Shown here piece by piece: positions 11,910-25,600 of a DNA stretch of 64,000 nucleotides. A program made the position numbers and the translations under genes. Below the pieces are notes generated by a model. It saw only the letters and a list, made by a program, of their open reading frames with translations, was not told the origin of the DNA and did not search any database. Location of the stretch: the NCBI GenBank assembly GCA_030704615.1, contig CM060733.1, forward strand, positions 27,838,001 to 27,902,000, written 5' to 3'. Numbering within the stretch: position 1 is the stretch's first letter; every line of letters begins with the position of its first letter. This stretch comes from Takakia lepidozioides (Eukaryota > Plantae > Bryophyta).

Positions 11910-13773
11910 AATTTTTGTCAATCTCTCCCACGGACCAATTACGGTCATCATCTTTGAGCAAACCATTTCCACATAAATACTGATGGAAGCCCTGCTATAG
12001 AAAACCTTGCTACTCATCTTGCTACGATTCACAAGGATTTTACATTCCACCTCGCAGAAGCTCAAAAACAATACAAGGAGTATGCAGATCAACGTCGCCA
12101 ACTCTAATCTCAGTTCAAGGTCGGAGATCATGTGTGGCTTCTTCGACGGGACATACAAACCTCGCGACCATCAATTATCAACGCTTCGGACCATTCAAAA
12201 TTATTCGACAAATAAATCCGGTCAGTTTTCGGCTTGAACTCCCACGAAGTATGCGCATCTATCCAGTCTTTTATGTTTCATTATTGGAGTTGTATCATCC
12301 ATCGAATATTCCAGGGAAAGTCTCCGTACCACCTCCACCAATCGAAGTCAATCAGGAAATTGAGTATGAAGTCGACGAAGTCCTAGACTCTCGCATCAAG
12401 TATAAACGTCTTGAGTATTTCGTACATTGGAAATGTTACGACATCAGCGAACGAACGTGAGAACCTTCATCCAACCTCGTCAATGTATCTGACAAAGTCC
12501 TAGAGTTTCATCAACGATATCCAGTTAAGCCCCGAGCTACACGTCAATAAGACGTCACAACGATGATGTCAGCCAAGTTAGCTTCAAGGTGAAGACTCCA
12601 CATTCAATGTACCTGATACACGCTAAGGAGGGAGGAGCACCACACATCATTATATATAGCTACACTTCCAGCACTCTTACATCTTGTATTGGCAGTATGG
12701 AGTCACATGAACCAGATACATTGGAGTTGTCGCTTACCCAACTACCAGATCAGCCGTTCCGACTCTCACGACCTTCAATATCATGCCGACATTCTCGAGA
12801 CGATGGGCCACCAATGCGACGCGTACTTCCTCGTCTGAACCCCGTACGACGGCAAGTGGAGCCTATTCGAAGTCTGATAATTCTGTTGGAGGTTGAGGCT
12901 TCGGACCCAGATGACAACGAAATCATGTTTGAAGGCAGCTTCGAAAATCAGAATGCTCAAATCATTGCGTGGTCCCAAGTTCAAGGTGTTGGAAACTATC
13001 GATGGTTGTAGGGACCTATAAATCATTTGAGTCAAGAACGAAGAGCCGAATACTTGGCAAGTACCATTCGCCGGATTTTGAATTTTCTCCAACTCTATGA
13101 TTTTACTGCTCCTTAAAGAACTCGGTGCTAGAGGAGGGGTGATGTCACGGACATAGCCCAAAAGAACTTATTATGAGTAAATACCAGAAGTTACCAAGTT
13201 ACCATGTTACTGGAAGTTATCACGACTTACCGTAATTTACCATGATTTACCATGATTTACCATTACTTATCAAATTACCAGAAGTTTAGCAAATTATCAA
13301 GAGTAACTTGGGAAACTGCTCATGAAGCTTCTTTTGGATGAAACTTCTCCATCAAGATACCTCATTTGTTTAAGGAAGCTTCTCCATCAAGAAACCTTTA
13401 TTTACTCTTGGAAACTTTTCCATCAAGAAACCTCCATAGGGAAAGCTTCTTAAGAGACTTCGTAGTAACTAGTATATATAGGAGGCGAGACTGGACACTC
13501 TTCAGTCTCGTCAATACCAGTCCAAACTACTCTTGTTTCTAGTTCCCAGTACTCTAGCCCAGTTTCCAGTATCTGGTACTCCAGTCCAGTTTCCAACATT
13601 TCAGTATTCAAGTCGTGTTCCAATATCTTGTACTCTTGTTCATTGTTATAAAGATCGTATTGATTTTTATTTATTCATCATGCATACGTCCACGCCGACC
13701 TTGACTTCTTGTCTAGTCTTGTACCTCTAGTTTGATCTCTTGTTTGTGTTCAGTCATGTTCTCGTCCTTAACA
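11910..13773 (+). mobile_element. 3' half of a chromovirus: integrase C-terminus, chromodomain, extra ORF, PPT and 3' LTR (13143-13773)
   Basis: [19 protein letters not shown]...PVFYVSLL (GPY/F motif); [11 protein letters not shown]...EYFVHWK (chromodomain); PPT agaggaggggtga 13130-13142; LTR TGTCACGGAC...GTCCTTAACA. Confidence 0.85.
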
Positions 13774-16164
13774 CCAACTTTAAGAAAGACTAGGTTCTGA
13801 TACCATTGTAACATCTATGATCTACACAAACTAGAATAGAAATACTTCTCAATTTTTTTTCCAAAACAACTCGATGCCTTCTAGGCTTTCATTGCATGTT
13901 TATATACCCTTCATAATATGATTATTTTAAAGTTTTGATTTGAGAGCCTAAAGTCAAAATTTCCTAAAGTCAACTTCCTAGGTTTGACATATTCTCCACA
14001 ATATGACTTTATCAAACATTTGACCTATTCTTCATAATATAAATATCTTATAGGTTTGATTTGAGAGCCTAAAGTCAAACCTCCTTAAGTCAAACTTTCT
14101 TAAATCAAACTTCTTAGGAACCTTCTTAGTTATTTTGGAGACTTCTAGGGAACTTTCCTCCTCCATCTAGAACCTTCTAGATTCTACCCTGTTACACCCG
14201 GACTCCAAGTGGAGGCAAAATTCCAGATCCCAGGAAGTAAGACCTGGTTGGCAGCCAGAGTTCTTCTGGTGATGGAGATGAACTTAGAGACCCAGAATGC
14301 TAGCTCGTTCTTGAGCCTGGCTATAATGTGGTCCATTCTTTGCTCCTCAGTGAGGTCCAGGCCGAAGATGTGATCCAACAGTGTGGTAGGTTCTCCTGCT
14401 TTAAGCCATGCCATACCTTGGTCAACTCCCCAGTTGGGGTTGATCCCAATAGAAGACAGATGGGTCTTTTATTAGCAAGGCTTTGGTCTTTCTCCAGTTA
14501 ACCCGGAAGCTGGAGACTCTACAGAATTTCTTAAGAGTGCTCTCAACAGCTGTGAGAGTGGAACCTGGTTCTGCCTGAAGTAGCAGGAAGGTGTCATCCA
14601 CAAACATAGAGTCTTTGATTTGTAGCCAGAGTTGAGTTTTTGGATTCCGGAGCTGAAGACCCCTTACCATGAAGTTGTCATTTAGCATGTAACCCAAGGT
14701 GTCTACTACAAAGAGGAAGAGGAAGGGGGCCAGAGGGCATCCTTGCCTTACCGATCTTTGCAGTTGAAAAGGCTTTGAGAGGTGACCATTGATGATAACC
14801 CTACTGGTAGAGCCCCGAAGAAGGATGTTAACCCAATGACAAAAGTCATGGAGCAAGCTTGTTTTTTTAAGAACTGCAATTAGGAAATCCTACCCTACTT
14901 TGTCGAACATCTTCTCAAAATCCAAGAGCCATAGTGCAAATGCTTGGTTAGTTGCCAGGGCATACGAGTTGGCCTCCTGAGCCAGCAAGACGTTGTCGAG
15001 CATGTATCTACCTTTGATAAAACCAGCCTAGCCTGTTCGGATGAGAGAGGGGAGAAGGGGTTGGAGGCGGAGGGCTAGAGCCTTGGCAATGATTTTGTAA
15101 GCGACATTGAGTAGTGTAATGGGTTTATAGTTTCCAATGTCAGCTTTGTCTCATTTCTTGTGGAGCAGGGTAATAACCCCCTGTGACATCTGTCCATGCA
15201 TTGCACCCTGCCGTTTGATCTCATTGGCCATTTCGCAAAAGTCCGCTGTGAATTTTTGGTCACATAGCCTTGTAGTACTCGACTGGCATACCATCTAAAC
15301 TTGGGGTCTTCCTATTATTCATCTGATGAAGGGCATCTTCCAATTCCACGGGGCCATTCTTTTAGTGACGAATAATCGCCAGATTTCGACCTCAAAAAAT
15401 AAAATCGAATATTCTGTCGCAAATCCACTGTATTTTCATGGATGAAATCGCCAAATTTCTCCAAATACAAAATAAATTATGGATGATATACTGGATGATG
15501 GCACATAGGTGGATGAATTACAGTGGATGAAAAGAATAAATGGCTATTTCCTGCAAAACTCTGTAGCCACTCGTGCTGTTTTCCCAATTTCTTAAAAAAA
15601 ACACTACTTAGTCTCTTTCATTAATCACTTTTTTATCGTCTTTGTAAATTATTATTGATAAAATTCCTCCTTTTTGTCCTACCATCATCATAGTAGATTT
15701 CAATATACAATATAATTCGGCATCTACTAAACAACTAAACCTATTTATGAATTCAACCGATATGGAGTTAAATTTTCTGAAAGTACCTCAACATATGGCT
15801 CACAATTAGATCATATTTGGACCAATGCCCAAAATTACCAATGTAAATCTGGTATTTCGGAAGCATACTGGACTGACCATAAACCATATTTATTGCTTTT
15901 AAGTTGCCTAATCACATTTCCGATACCAGCAACTAGCCGCTTTTCACGGCTTCAAGGCTCCTCGGTGGTTATTTTTTCCACCTGCTGTGCTCTTTTTTTA
16001 ATAAAGTTTGAATCAGGGCCACTGTCCCATGTTAAAAAAAAAAAAATGATTAGCCGCTTGTCATATATGCAACGAACGATCAATTAGGACTAGGTTAGGG
16101 TGCAGTCTGGTGGTATTGCATGGAGTTGATGCTTAATTGGGTGGTTGGTTTGGTCATGGTTATC

Positions 16165-16410
16165 TCCATGTAGGTAACTTTCCACTATTCCCATGAAGGT
16201 AGTTTAGCATATTTTTACAACTACGTTCATGCAGGAAAGCTTGCAACTACCTGCATGGAGGTAGTTGTAAATTTTCTAAAGCAAAAAAATTCTCACATGA
16301 AGGTAGTTCAGCATATTCTTACGATCTACATGCAGAAGATCTTATAATTACCTACATGGAGGTAATTGTAAATCCCATAAGCCAAAACCCCCACACATGC
16401 AGGTAGTTAT
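16165..16410. repeat. ~100-104 bp tandem repeat with palindromic core
   Basis: Units start at catg(a/c)aggtagtt at 16192, 16296 and 16396; hairpin caactacct-gcatgg-aggtagttg at 16244-16267. Confidence 0.75.
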
Positions 16411-16664
16411 TAGTTATCCCCTAACTGCCTCTAAAAGCAATGTCCCAAGCTTGTGAGACCCCATTGTATGTCCTGTTACATGTTGTGCTAGGGAATATGG
16501 AGACCTTCACATGGGGGAGAGAGGGAACAGAGATTGAGGTGTGCTATCCCAAGTAAGACAGACCTGCAGTGGGTTTGATTTCAAGAGATGCTTCTAAGGG
16601 ATAGCCAGCCAAGAAAAGAGAAAGGGGGAGGCAGGTTGATGCTCTGAGTTTAGTGCTAACAGCA

Positions 16665-19600
16665 ATGGCGTCAAAGACAAAAAGAGTTGATGACATATGG
16701 AATGCCATGAAAATGAAGGAGGCTAGTTGCAGTCTCCGGAACCGGCCAGGAAATAGCACAAACTGGAACTCTTTCCACATCAAAGATGTTGCTAAGCCCA
16801 AGAAATTGGCCACTCCATCTTCGCATCCGGAGTCCCTTGACTCCCACCTTGCTGATTATTCTCTCATGGAAGCTGCTCACATTTTTCTGAACAGTGAGGG
16901 GGAGCTGCAAGTGGGTTGTCGCTATGATTGCAAAGATACTTATGGGAGCATTACGCAGGGGGAAAAGGAAAATGGGGAGGCTTCCAACTCGAAGGCAGAT
17001 GCGAGATATGCTCATACAGATCATGTGACTACCCGATATGCCAAATTGAAAGCAGCATACCAGGACGAGAAATCCAGAGTACTGTCTGGCTCGAGAGTGC
17101 TGAACGAGCCTGCAAGTGACATTTCCATATCTTGTAGTGAATTGAAAGTGAATGAGCCCGCAGAAACCCTCAGGCAGGATAAAAAAAAGGAACTCGATGG
17201 GAAAATGGAAGAGAGCTCCATGTATACTACTGCAGATATCACTGGGAGCACCGACGAATGCGTAATGACACCCCCATGTACGAAAGGCTTGAAGAACAGC
17301 TTTGAGAAGAAGATCAAGAATGATGGTGCAGAAGGAGGAGGAAGTCCGGAGTGCAGTGCGGCAAATAACAGCAGTCGTAGCGTTCATTTCGACTTGCAGG
17401 ATACGCAGGCCATAGCTACAGAGCCCTGTAACGTGTCAAGTACTTCAGACCTCTGCGGCATTGATGCGGAAGAAAATAGCGAGAAAGAGACTTTAGCAAA
17501 AGCCTTAAACAGGAACTTGAATTGTCTGGTAGACCCAGCAACGGCTGTGCGTTATGCGGCCCTTCTTAGCCTTCAATACGCATTGTTAGGCAGCTCGCAT
17601 GATAACAGGAATGCCGTTGTTTCAGAAGGTGAGCAGATTTTAGAATTTGCGGACAGACCAAAAGAGCTTGGCAAATGCACTCTGTGTTGGGCAACCGAGG
17701 AGTTGGTAACCAAGCCTTTATTGCGACGCTTTGCTGACTCGTCGGAGAAGTGTCGACAACTTTCAATTGCGATTGTTCTGGGGTAAATGCCTGGAGTTCC
17801 TTGCTTGATCTTCTACTTTTTTTTGTGGGATGGTAATTACGATCTTGTAAAGCACATAGACTCTCTTATCCCACTCTCTCTGGATATGAAGTTACTGTCT
17901 TTCTGGTCTTTCTTTCTCTCTCTCCCTGTGGGGGCACGGTGTGACTGGCAGTGTCATCTGTGTGTCAAAATTGGGGGTTACAGCAACAGTAGCCTCTTCC
18001 CCACAAGCTGTAAGTCGTATCTGGGTCGGTCATAACGATTTGATCACATTCCTCCTTGCCTATGTCTCTCCGCGCTTTTAGTTATGTACTAAGAGGTAAA
18101 TGACGTCTGTCTCTAAATTCCGCTGATTTGTTTTTGTTTTAGGTTGTATCAGCTTGGTTGAATACCAGAGGTTAAAACTTAAGGGAGGGAGGGTTATGTG
18201 AGCAGGCTGCTGCTCGAAGTGCCAAGCGCAGTGGTAGCGCTGCTGCCATATGTGCTCCCTGTCATTGCAGAGCGGCTGCCCCTCAAAATACCTCTAACTC
18301 CTGCCAGTGATGACGACTATTTGAAGGAACCGGTACTTAGCAAGGGCATGACAGCCACAAACCACCCATATATTGGAAAACAAGAACGTCTAGAGGAAGT
18401 CAAAGACTGCCAGTGCAACAATGCAAAAGACTGCTATCCTTCAAAGAAAACTTTTAGACTTTAGAGGGGAAGGAACTTACAGCGCAAGATTGGATGAAGA
18501 CTTAGTTAGAACACTCAATAATTTAATGCATAACATAACAATAGGTCTACGTCAGCAGTGCAGAGTAACTGTTCAGAGACCTTAGTTACTCCCATCAAGG
18601 CATTTGTAAGTTCTAAAGTAACAAGCTGTGCTGATGCAGATACTGACAGGTTATAAGGGTAAAGGTCAGCAAGAAGGATTTTACCTGAGAGCATGGAAGA
18701 GAGAGATTACTAATGAGATAACCTGCTTTAATTCCAGGTAGAGGTACAGGCTGTTCTCGTGGAGAAGTCAGAGGAAGTGCGGTTGCAGCTGGTACAGCTA
18801 ATGCATTCGCTGCTAAAGCAAGCCCCTCGCCTGATTCACGCTTTTGCTTCTGATGTTGCATCCATCCTGGTTGCTGCAACATTTGACTCACACCCTGAAG
18901 TCCTTCTGGTATGTTTTGAGGCTATGGTTCTATGCTTGATTTGAGAGTATTGATTTTAAGGGTATCCTGCTGTATGTTGCCTGCCACTGCCAGAAGGCTG
19001 GACACAAGTCCGCTGATGCATGTCTTCGAAATTTTGTTTCCTACTGTCCATCGTCTCCTTGAAGTGGTTTCCTGTTGCTCTACTTTGTCCCATGGCCTCA
19101 GGGCCTCCTCTTGAGGTTAAAATTTCTCTTTTCTTTTATTGCCCTCTATATTATGAGATCCGTGGGAGATCCCACTGTCTATTCCGCGGACTCAATCTCT
19201 CACTGAAGTCTTCCACTATGAGGATCAGAAATGCTTGGCAGCTTACCTGCACAAGGCCTTGACCCTTAGACAATCCGTTGAGCAGTAGTTGCTTTTGGGC
19301 TGTTTCTTGGCTCCGTTTTTGTTTCCTCTCTTATGTTTTTCCCATTTTGTCCCATAAGCTCTTTGAGGTTTCCGCGGACGTTATAAAGTACCATTTAATT
19401 TCATTTCTTTCCTCACAATGCTTTGACCTAGCCTAAAGCGATGAATGCTTCTGTAGGAGACATTTCCAACATTGGCACTGTTTGGAGAGATTATGGGGTA
19501 CAAGATAAAACCTGTGGCCAAGCAAATTGTGAAGGTGGTCCTGCGCTCACTTTCCCACAACCGCTATCGGGTGCGTGTGGCGGCTCTGAAGGCCATCCAC

Positions 19601-22600
19601 AGGTAGTTGCTCGTCATTTTCAGGCACCTCCACCTAGTTCTACACAAAAGGAGTCTCTGTTATTGAGAGATTTCTGCTCCTGTAGTTTGGATGGTACAGG
19701 AAAAGGGGAGAGGTTTCAAAAAGATAAGGAAGGTTACTACTAGCACTGCATAAGTGGGCCATATTCTGTATATGAGATCAGCTGTCCATTTAGATGCACT
19801 TTGGAAGGAGAGACAGAAACAGAGAGTAGCAGGATGAGGGAAGTTAAGTCTGGAAAGGGTGGCAATCGAGGGAACAGGCCTGTAAGTTGCAGCAACCTTG
19901 ATAGGGATGCTTAGTTGGAGGGTCGCTGCAGGTTGGTCATGTGTGGAGCACACGACAGCATATATGAGCTCACTGCATATCGTGATCCCAATCTTGTTCC
20001 CATAAAGTGTTTTTATGGGCCTGATCCCAAGGTGAGAGGTCACTCTTGTTTTCAGGCCTCTTAATGCTCTTTGTGGGAGTCCTGATCTTTCTTAGTAATA
20101 TGCATGTGACCCATTGATGGAAATGGGAAGCTGCTTACAGATTGTCAAAGCATTTTTCAGTAGCAAATCTCTTATTTATTCTGCACCAAAATGTTGTCTT
20201 GTACTTGCAGACACAGTACTTTGCACTGTTGGCCACAGATAGAAATGCTTCTGTAAGGGAGGAGCTGTTGAGAACAATAGCTAGTTGGCTTCGTGAGCTT
20301 GACGAAAGAAAGGAACATGAGGTCCGCCTCATTCCGTAAGTAAACTTCCAGAGGCTTCAAGGGTTCGGACTATTTGTACTCTCTCCAGGTCATTTCTTCA
20401 TGACAGTTGTCACCTCCATCTGTCGAAACCTTTGCATTTCCTATTCTACTCATAGAGTCACCCGTTATTACTTAAACTTCTGAGTGCATTTGAACAAAAG
20501 GCATGTGCACATGAGCTGTCGAAGGGAAGTTCTGAGAGCCCGAAACGCCTAAGAAATCTCTTAGATATATTGCACACCAACAGAACTCAAGAGTGCATTT
20601 GAAAGAAAGTCTTCCTGAAGCAGAAACCCAAGTTCTGAGTATGAGTACCTCTCTTCCAGTCCCCTCCATTATCCTGCAAATGGCTACACGACTAAGAGCG
20701 AATTTACATGAGCAGGTATCTCTTAGCTGGTTTCCAAGATCCAAGCCCACATTTGCAGGATCTTTCCTTTCAACTGATGGATGAAGTCGGCCTACAGTAA
20801 GCTGCAATTTAAACCTACCGTTATTTTCTACTTGAAGAGATTTGTAGCAAAAACCTCACCTAATACATCTACCTTTGTCTGGCTGCCAATGTTGGGCAAG
20901 CTTCACTGGAAAAGAAATTGCAGAAAGATTGAATTGCTGAGGCAACGCAACCGCCACAATTCGAAGTGCTCAGATGTAGTACTGGTTGCATGGCATGTGG
21001 AACGGACAGGTATGAAGAGGAGAATGAGAAAGAAGTCAAGGATATGCGGGTCTACCTTACTGAAGATATTGACGACATTGACTCACTGGCTTGGACAACC
21101 TTGCCCCATCCATTCAAACGTCAGTTCATCTTCTCGAGCTTCCTGTAGACGCCCTGAAGTGGCTCTTTCCTTCTTTAGAAACTCCCATTCCTGGGCAGAG
21201 GCCTTCAGCTTTGAAGATCTGATGTGAATCAGGCACATTTCTTTGTTCTCCCCTGTCCTCCTCATAGCCCCCGTGGACGTTATGAAGTTAATTTGTTTTC
21301 TTGTTTCCTGCTTTCTCGTCCCATAAGCGCCTTGAGCTTTCCGTGGATGTCATAATGTGTCATTTCATTTCTCTCCCTCTCTCTCCTTTGTCACCAACTT
21401 TAAAATTAGCCCTGGTCCTGTTGGGGTCTATTTGCTGGGCAGCTCACATACAGCAAGTTGATACTTCTGTGAAGGGCTGTCTAGAGGATATCTGGAAAAA
21501 CCTGAACTAATTGTCTTTACCAAGGTAAGTCACACTACCAGAGTGAGCCCCTCACAAATGTAGCTTCCCTTTTGTTCCGCCCAAACTGGGCGCGGGGTCT
21601 ATGGCAACAAGGCTACAGGAAAAAATCATATGGATGGAAGACGGTTTGTTCATTCTTTCAACAAATTTTTAATTCATGTCATACTTGGCCATAGCATACA
21701 ACTAAATATATAGGGTTCCATTTGATATCAAGGAGTTTGGCACAGGTAGACCATGCTTAGGGGCAAGGATTATGGTGAAAAGTGTGGCAGCCATCATATT
21801 GCATGCCATAGCTGGCGATTTGGAATGTTGGACCTGCGGTACCAAGGATTTGGCTGCGAACTTTTTGTACACACTATTACTGTTTGCTGAGGAGAACATC
21901 ACGATGCACCTGCAGCCCATGGTCAAACTCTTGCACAAAGGATTGAGTGAAGCATCCATTGCCCCCAAGGTGAGCTCTTCACAGAATCCTGTGGAAAAGA
22001 ATGGAAGAGGGCAGAAACTTTTTAGTGACCATGCAAAAGCCAAGGAACTTCATGATGTCAAACTTATGCATGGAAAGTCCCAAAGGGGGGGGGAGAGAGA
22101 AGAGTAATGAAGTATTTTATTACTTTCATGAGAAAGAAAGAGATAAAGTTATTATGTCTGCAGGAGGGCCAAAAGGCCTGAGGGACCAAGTAGAACAACA
22201 TGGCGGAGTATGTCATCCAGCCGTTAGCTGTTAGCTGTCCTGATAGCTAAGGGCTTTGCCAGAGAGAGGATTCTCTACAAGACACCATCAGCCCTCGGCC
22301 CATCAGCCTTCACCCTGCCTATGCCATTCCCGTTACTGCCTTGACAAGAAGGGACTACAGAATGGAAGGCCTTTCTGAAGTACATGAGACAGCCATTGAT
22401 CCACAGGTTGTTGGGTAGCTGCCTTATACGGCTGCAATCATGCTCAACAGATAAAGGAAGAAAGTTCAGATTCTCTTACATGCATGCTTGTTTGATTGCA
22501 GATTTTGGAAAGCGCAAGGCTTCTTGGGTTCTTTGTTGAACCAAGCTCCTACTTGCCAATCTTGATGCCACGAGTGACTGGGGATATTCATGCAGATGTC

Positions 22601-25600
22601 TCGGTGCAGACAGTCGGGCATGCTTTGCACCTGCTAGCAGGTATTCTGAAAGGCAGCCATGCTGACCAAGTGTCCTTACATATTCCTGAGATATGCTCCA
22701 CCCTCACCGACCGCCATCTTATGACAAGCATCCAGCAGTACGTGTCTCCACTTGCCCAGAACTATGCTTCTCAATTTGTTGCTAAAGGATACACCAGAGT
22801 AGTTTAGAAGTTGACAAGCAACATGAGCATATTCAGTAGTGTGAGAGAAATGAAATGAAATGGTGCTTTATAACGTCCGCAGAAAGCTCATAGAGCTTAT
22901 GGGACAAAATGGAAGGAAGAACATGAGAGAAAATAGGAAAACCAGAGTCAGAGAAAAGAACTATTGTTCAAGTGATTGTCTAAGGGTGAATGCCTTGTGC
23001 AGGTAGGCTGCCAAACATTTCTGATCCTCATAGTGGAAGACTTTAGTGAGAGATTAGGTTCCACGGAATAGACAATGGAATCTCCCATGGATCTCATAGT
23101 ATAGGGGGCAATAGAAGAAGAAGTGTTCTTCGGTTTAAATTTCCTGGTTACGCCCTGTGCAAGCAGGACATAGGCGGTCCTCCCGCTGCAGGTTTTCCCA
23201 TCTGCCAGTCTCTATCCGTAGGTTGTGGGAGCCCACCCTGAACCGCCCCAAAGCCCTCAGGAGAGAAGGGGATAAAGAGGCCGAAAGGTAATTGGGCCGC
23301 AAGATTCTATCATCCCGGAGAACCAAGAATGTTTCTCGATAGAAATGGAGCTTTGTTGTGAGGTTGGGTAACTTTCAAGTTCTCCTGACATGTAACTCCA
23401 TGAGCTCCTTTCTAATGAGTTGGTTGCAGTCATGCCTGGATGTGATTTCCACCTCTTCTGGGTTCACTGGCAAAAGTGAAGCAATAGAGAGTCCATGGCG
23501 TTCAAAAAAGGTATCCACACGGGCATACCAGGATTGTTTGAAGCCTGCATTTTTGAGTCTCATAGATGTTGTGAGGGCCCTGGCCACAAGTCCCTTGGGG
23601 GGAAGGGCTTGTAACCTATGCAGGAAAATTGTAAACCGGAAGAGGTGCCTCAGTTTGAAGTGGCACACAGGCGAATTCTGCATTCAGTATGTGAGATGGA
23701 GTTGTGCCTCTGGCGCCAAGCATTGCTTGGAGGAAAGATGACTGCAATGTTTCCAGATTCTTTTCCCACCAGGAAACTGGGACCATTGGTGCCCAAAATT
23801 CACAACCGAAAGTGGCATTTGGGGTGACCATGCTATCAAACAGCCACTTCTTGGTAGGTGGATGGCGCAGGTGGATCTGTTTGCATTTGGCCTGAAGGCG
23901 GATGGAGACTGCCTTGCCTTTCGTCAATCTGTCCAGGGCAGTCGCTCCAAACTGGAATTTGGGGGAGTGGATAACCAGACCCAGATACCGGTAGGACTTT
24001 GACTATTTCAACCTCCCGGTTGTTGAGGAAGAATTTGCGGTCGGCCTGCCCATTAAAAAACATGATCTTGGTTTTGCTAAGGTTGAAAGAAATGAAATGA
24101 AATGAAATGGTGCTTTATAACATCCGCGGAAAGCTCATGGAAGAAAACATGAGAGAGGAACAAATCCAGAAACCACAATTAATGTTCTAGCGATTGTCTA
24201 AGGGTGAAAGCCTCTTGCAGGTAGGCTGAAAGAAAGAAACTTTATGATGTCCATGGTAAGCTCAAAGAGCTTATGGGACAATGGAAAGCAAGGAACATGG
24301 AATAAAGTGGGGCCCAAAAGTAGCCCAAAATCTTCTGTTTTATATGGAGAGATTCTGTAAGTTTGAGAGCATATGCCACCAGATATCTCTGGTCCTCATA
24401 ATGAAAGAAATAAGCTTTATAACAGCCACAGGGAGAGGAAAAAAAAAAAGTTTTAATGCAGAGAGACTTATATTCTGAAATTTTAGGCAAGACCAAGAGA
24501 TTCTGGAGTGTTAAGCAAGATCAACAGGGAGGTATAGACCTGACTCTGACAACACCGGATGGACAGGGATGTGAATGAAGGGGTGATCGCAGTTGCAGAA
24601 CAGTTGGTGAGGGCGTGGCAGTTAGAGGAGAGCAACCAAGAAGTCACAGCTATGATGTGGTTACTGCTGAACGCTGCAGCAGCTGCTGATTTCTGTTCCA
24701 GACCAATTGTAAAGGCAGGTTTACCATTATTATTCTGAAGGAATCATTTGTAAGGTTGAGAGGGATACAGTCATAAACTGACACACTTAGTGAGGATGCC
24801 ACAACCTTCCAGCAAAGGCCCCACAAGATATAAGATCAGGGCAGCCAAGGCACCGAGTTTGTAAAAGTAAAATGTACTCTAGCTTGTGTGATAGGAAGCT
24901 AACGTTGTTCAGTCTCATGTACCATCGATGTCTCTGAGGTGCTCTAGACTTCCCCTTGCAATTGAATTTGATTTTCAAGCCTGGTTAGCTCTCACGTGGA
25001 ACACAAAAAGTTCTCTTCTCAGTGTCATCTTCTCCCCTTTTTTTCCCCAAATATAGAAAGGAGCAAGTGAATGGATAGTAAGCTTGCCCAATCACAACAG
25101 ATCAACCAAAACGATGTTAAAGAGCTAAAGCCACATCATCTGTTGTTGCTTCCTGCAAACACAGGCTGAAACAGTTTTAAAAGGCCTGGCTGTTGCATCC
25201 GGATTCGAATCAGCTGAAGTGATGGTTGCCACAAACATGGATGACATGTTGGAGATATTGCCCCACCCTCGAGTTTGGGCTCTTCGCTCCTTGGATGCTC
25301 TGGTCTATTCCAGCCTCCTTCGAGCAGCCACTTTGGTGAATGTGGACACACTGGGAAAGTGCGCACTAAGTGTCTTCATTAGTAATTTACAGTCACCTAT
25401 CAGATGCTGCTGTTTTGCTTCTTACACATGAAGGGAAATAGAGAGAGGTGTAGGTTTACTTTACCATTCCCAACATAGCTAGGGCGTCCTGCAAATTTGT
25501 GACCACATAGGATACTGATGACATGCCCAACCCAGTTGCTTGTTTCCATAGAGAGAAAAGGTAAGGCTAATGTCCAAGCAGACGGACCTCTGACACCTTA

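Larger units (their letters stand above)
10202..14196 (-). mobile_element. Rearranged LTR retrotransposon with CCCGG target-site duplication
   Basis: Termini TGTAACA (10202) and TGTTACA (14196); TSD CCCGG at 10197-10201 and 14197-14201. LTR copies at 13807-14196 and 10202-~11208 (interrupted). tRNA-iMet-type PBS (rc TGGTATCAGAACC) at 13793-13805. Confidence 0.9.
9002..15346 (-). mobile_element. 5'-truncated, decayed L1/Tx1-type LINE ORF2 (RT plus zf-RVT), split by the 10202-14196 insertion
   Basis: Motifs KTPSLDGMPVEYY, RQGCPLAPFLF, MFVDDT, PAKIVAFLWQVANRVL...C..C...ESLEH. Removing 10202-14196 plus one TSD restores WNFASTWSPGSKFMNEMKRCIRNFIWG. Confidence 0.85.
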
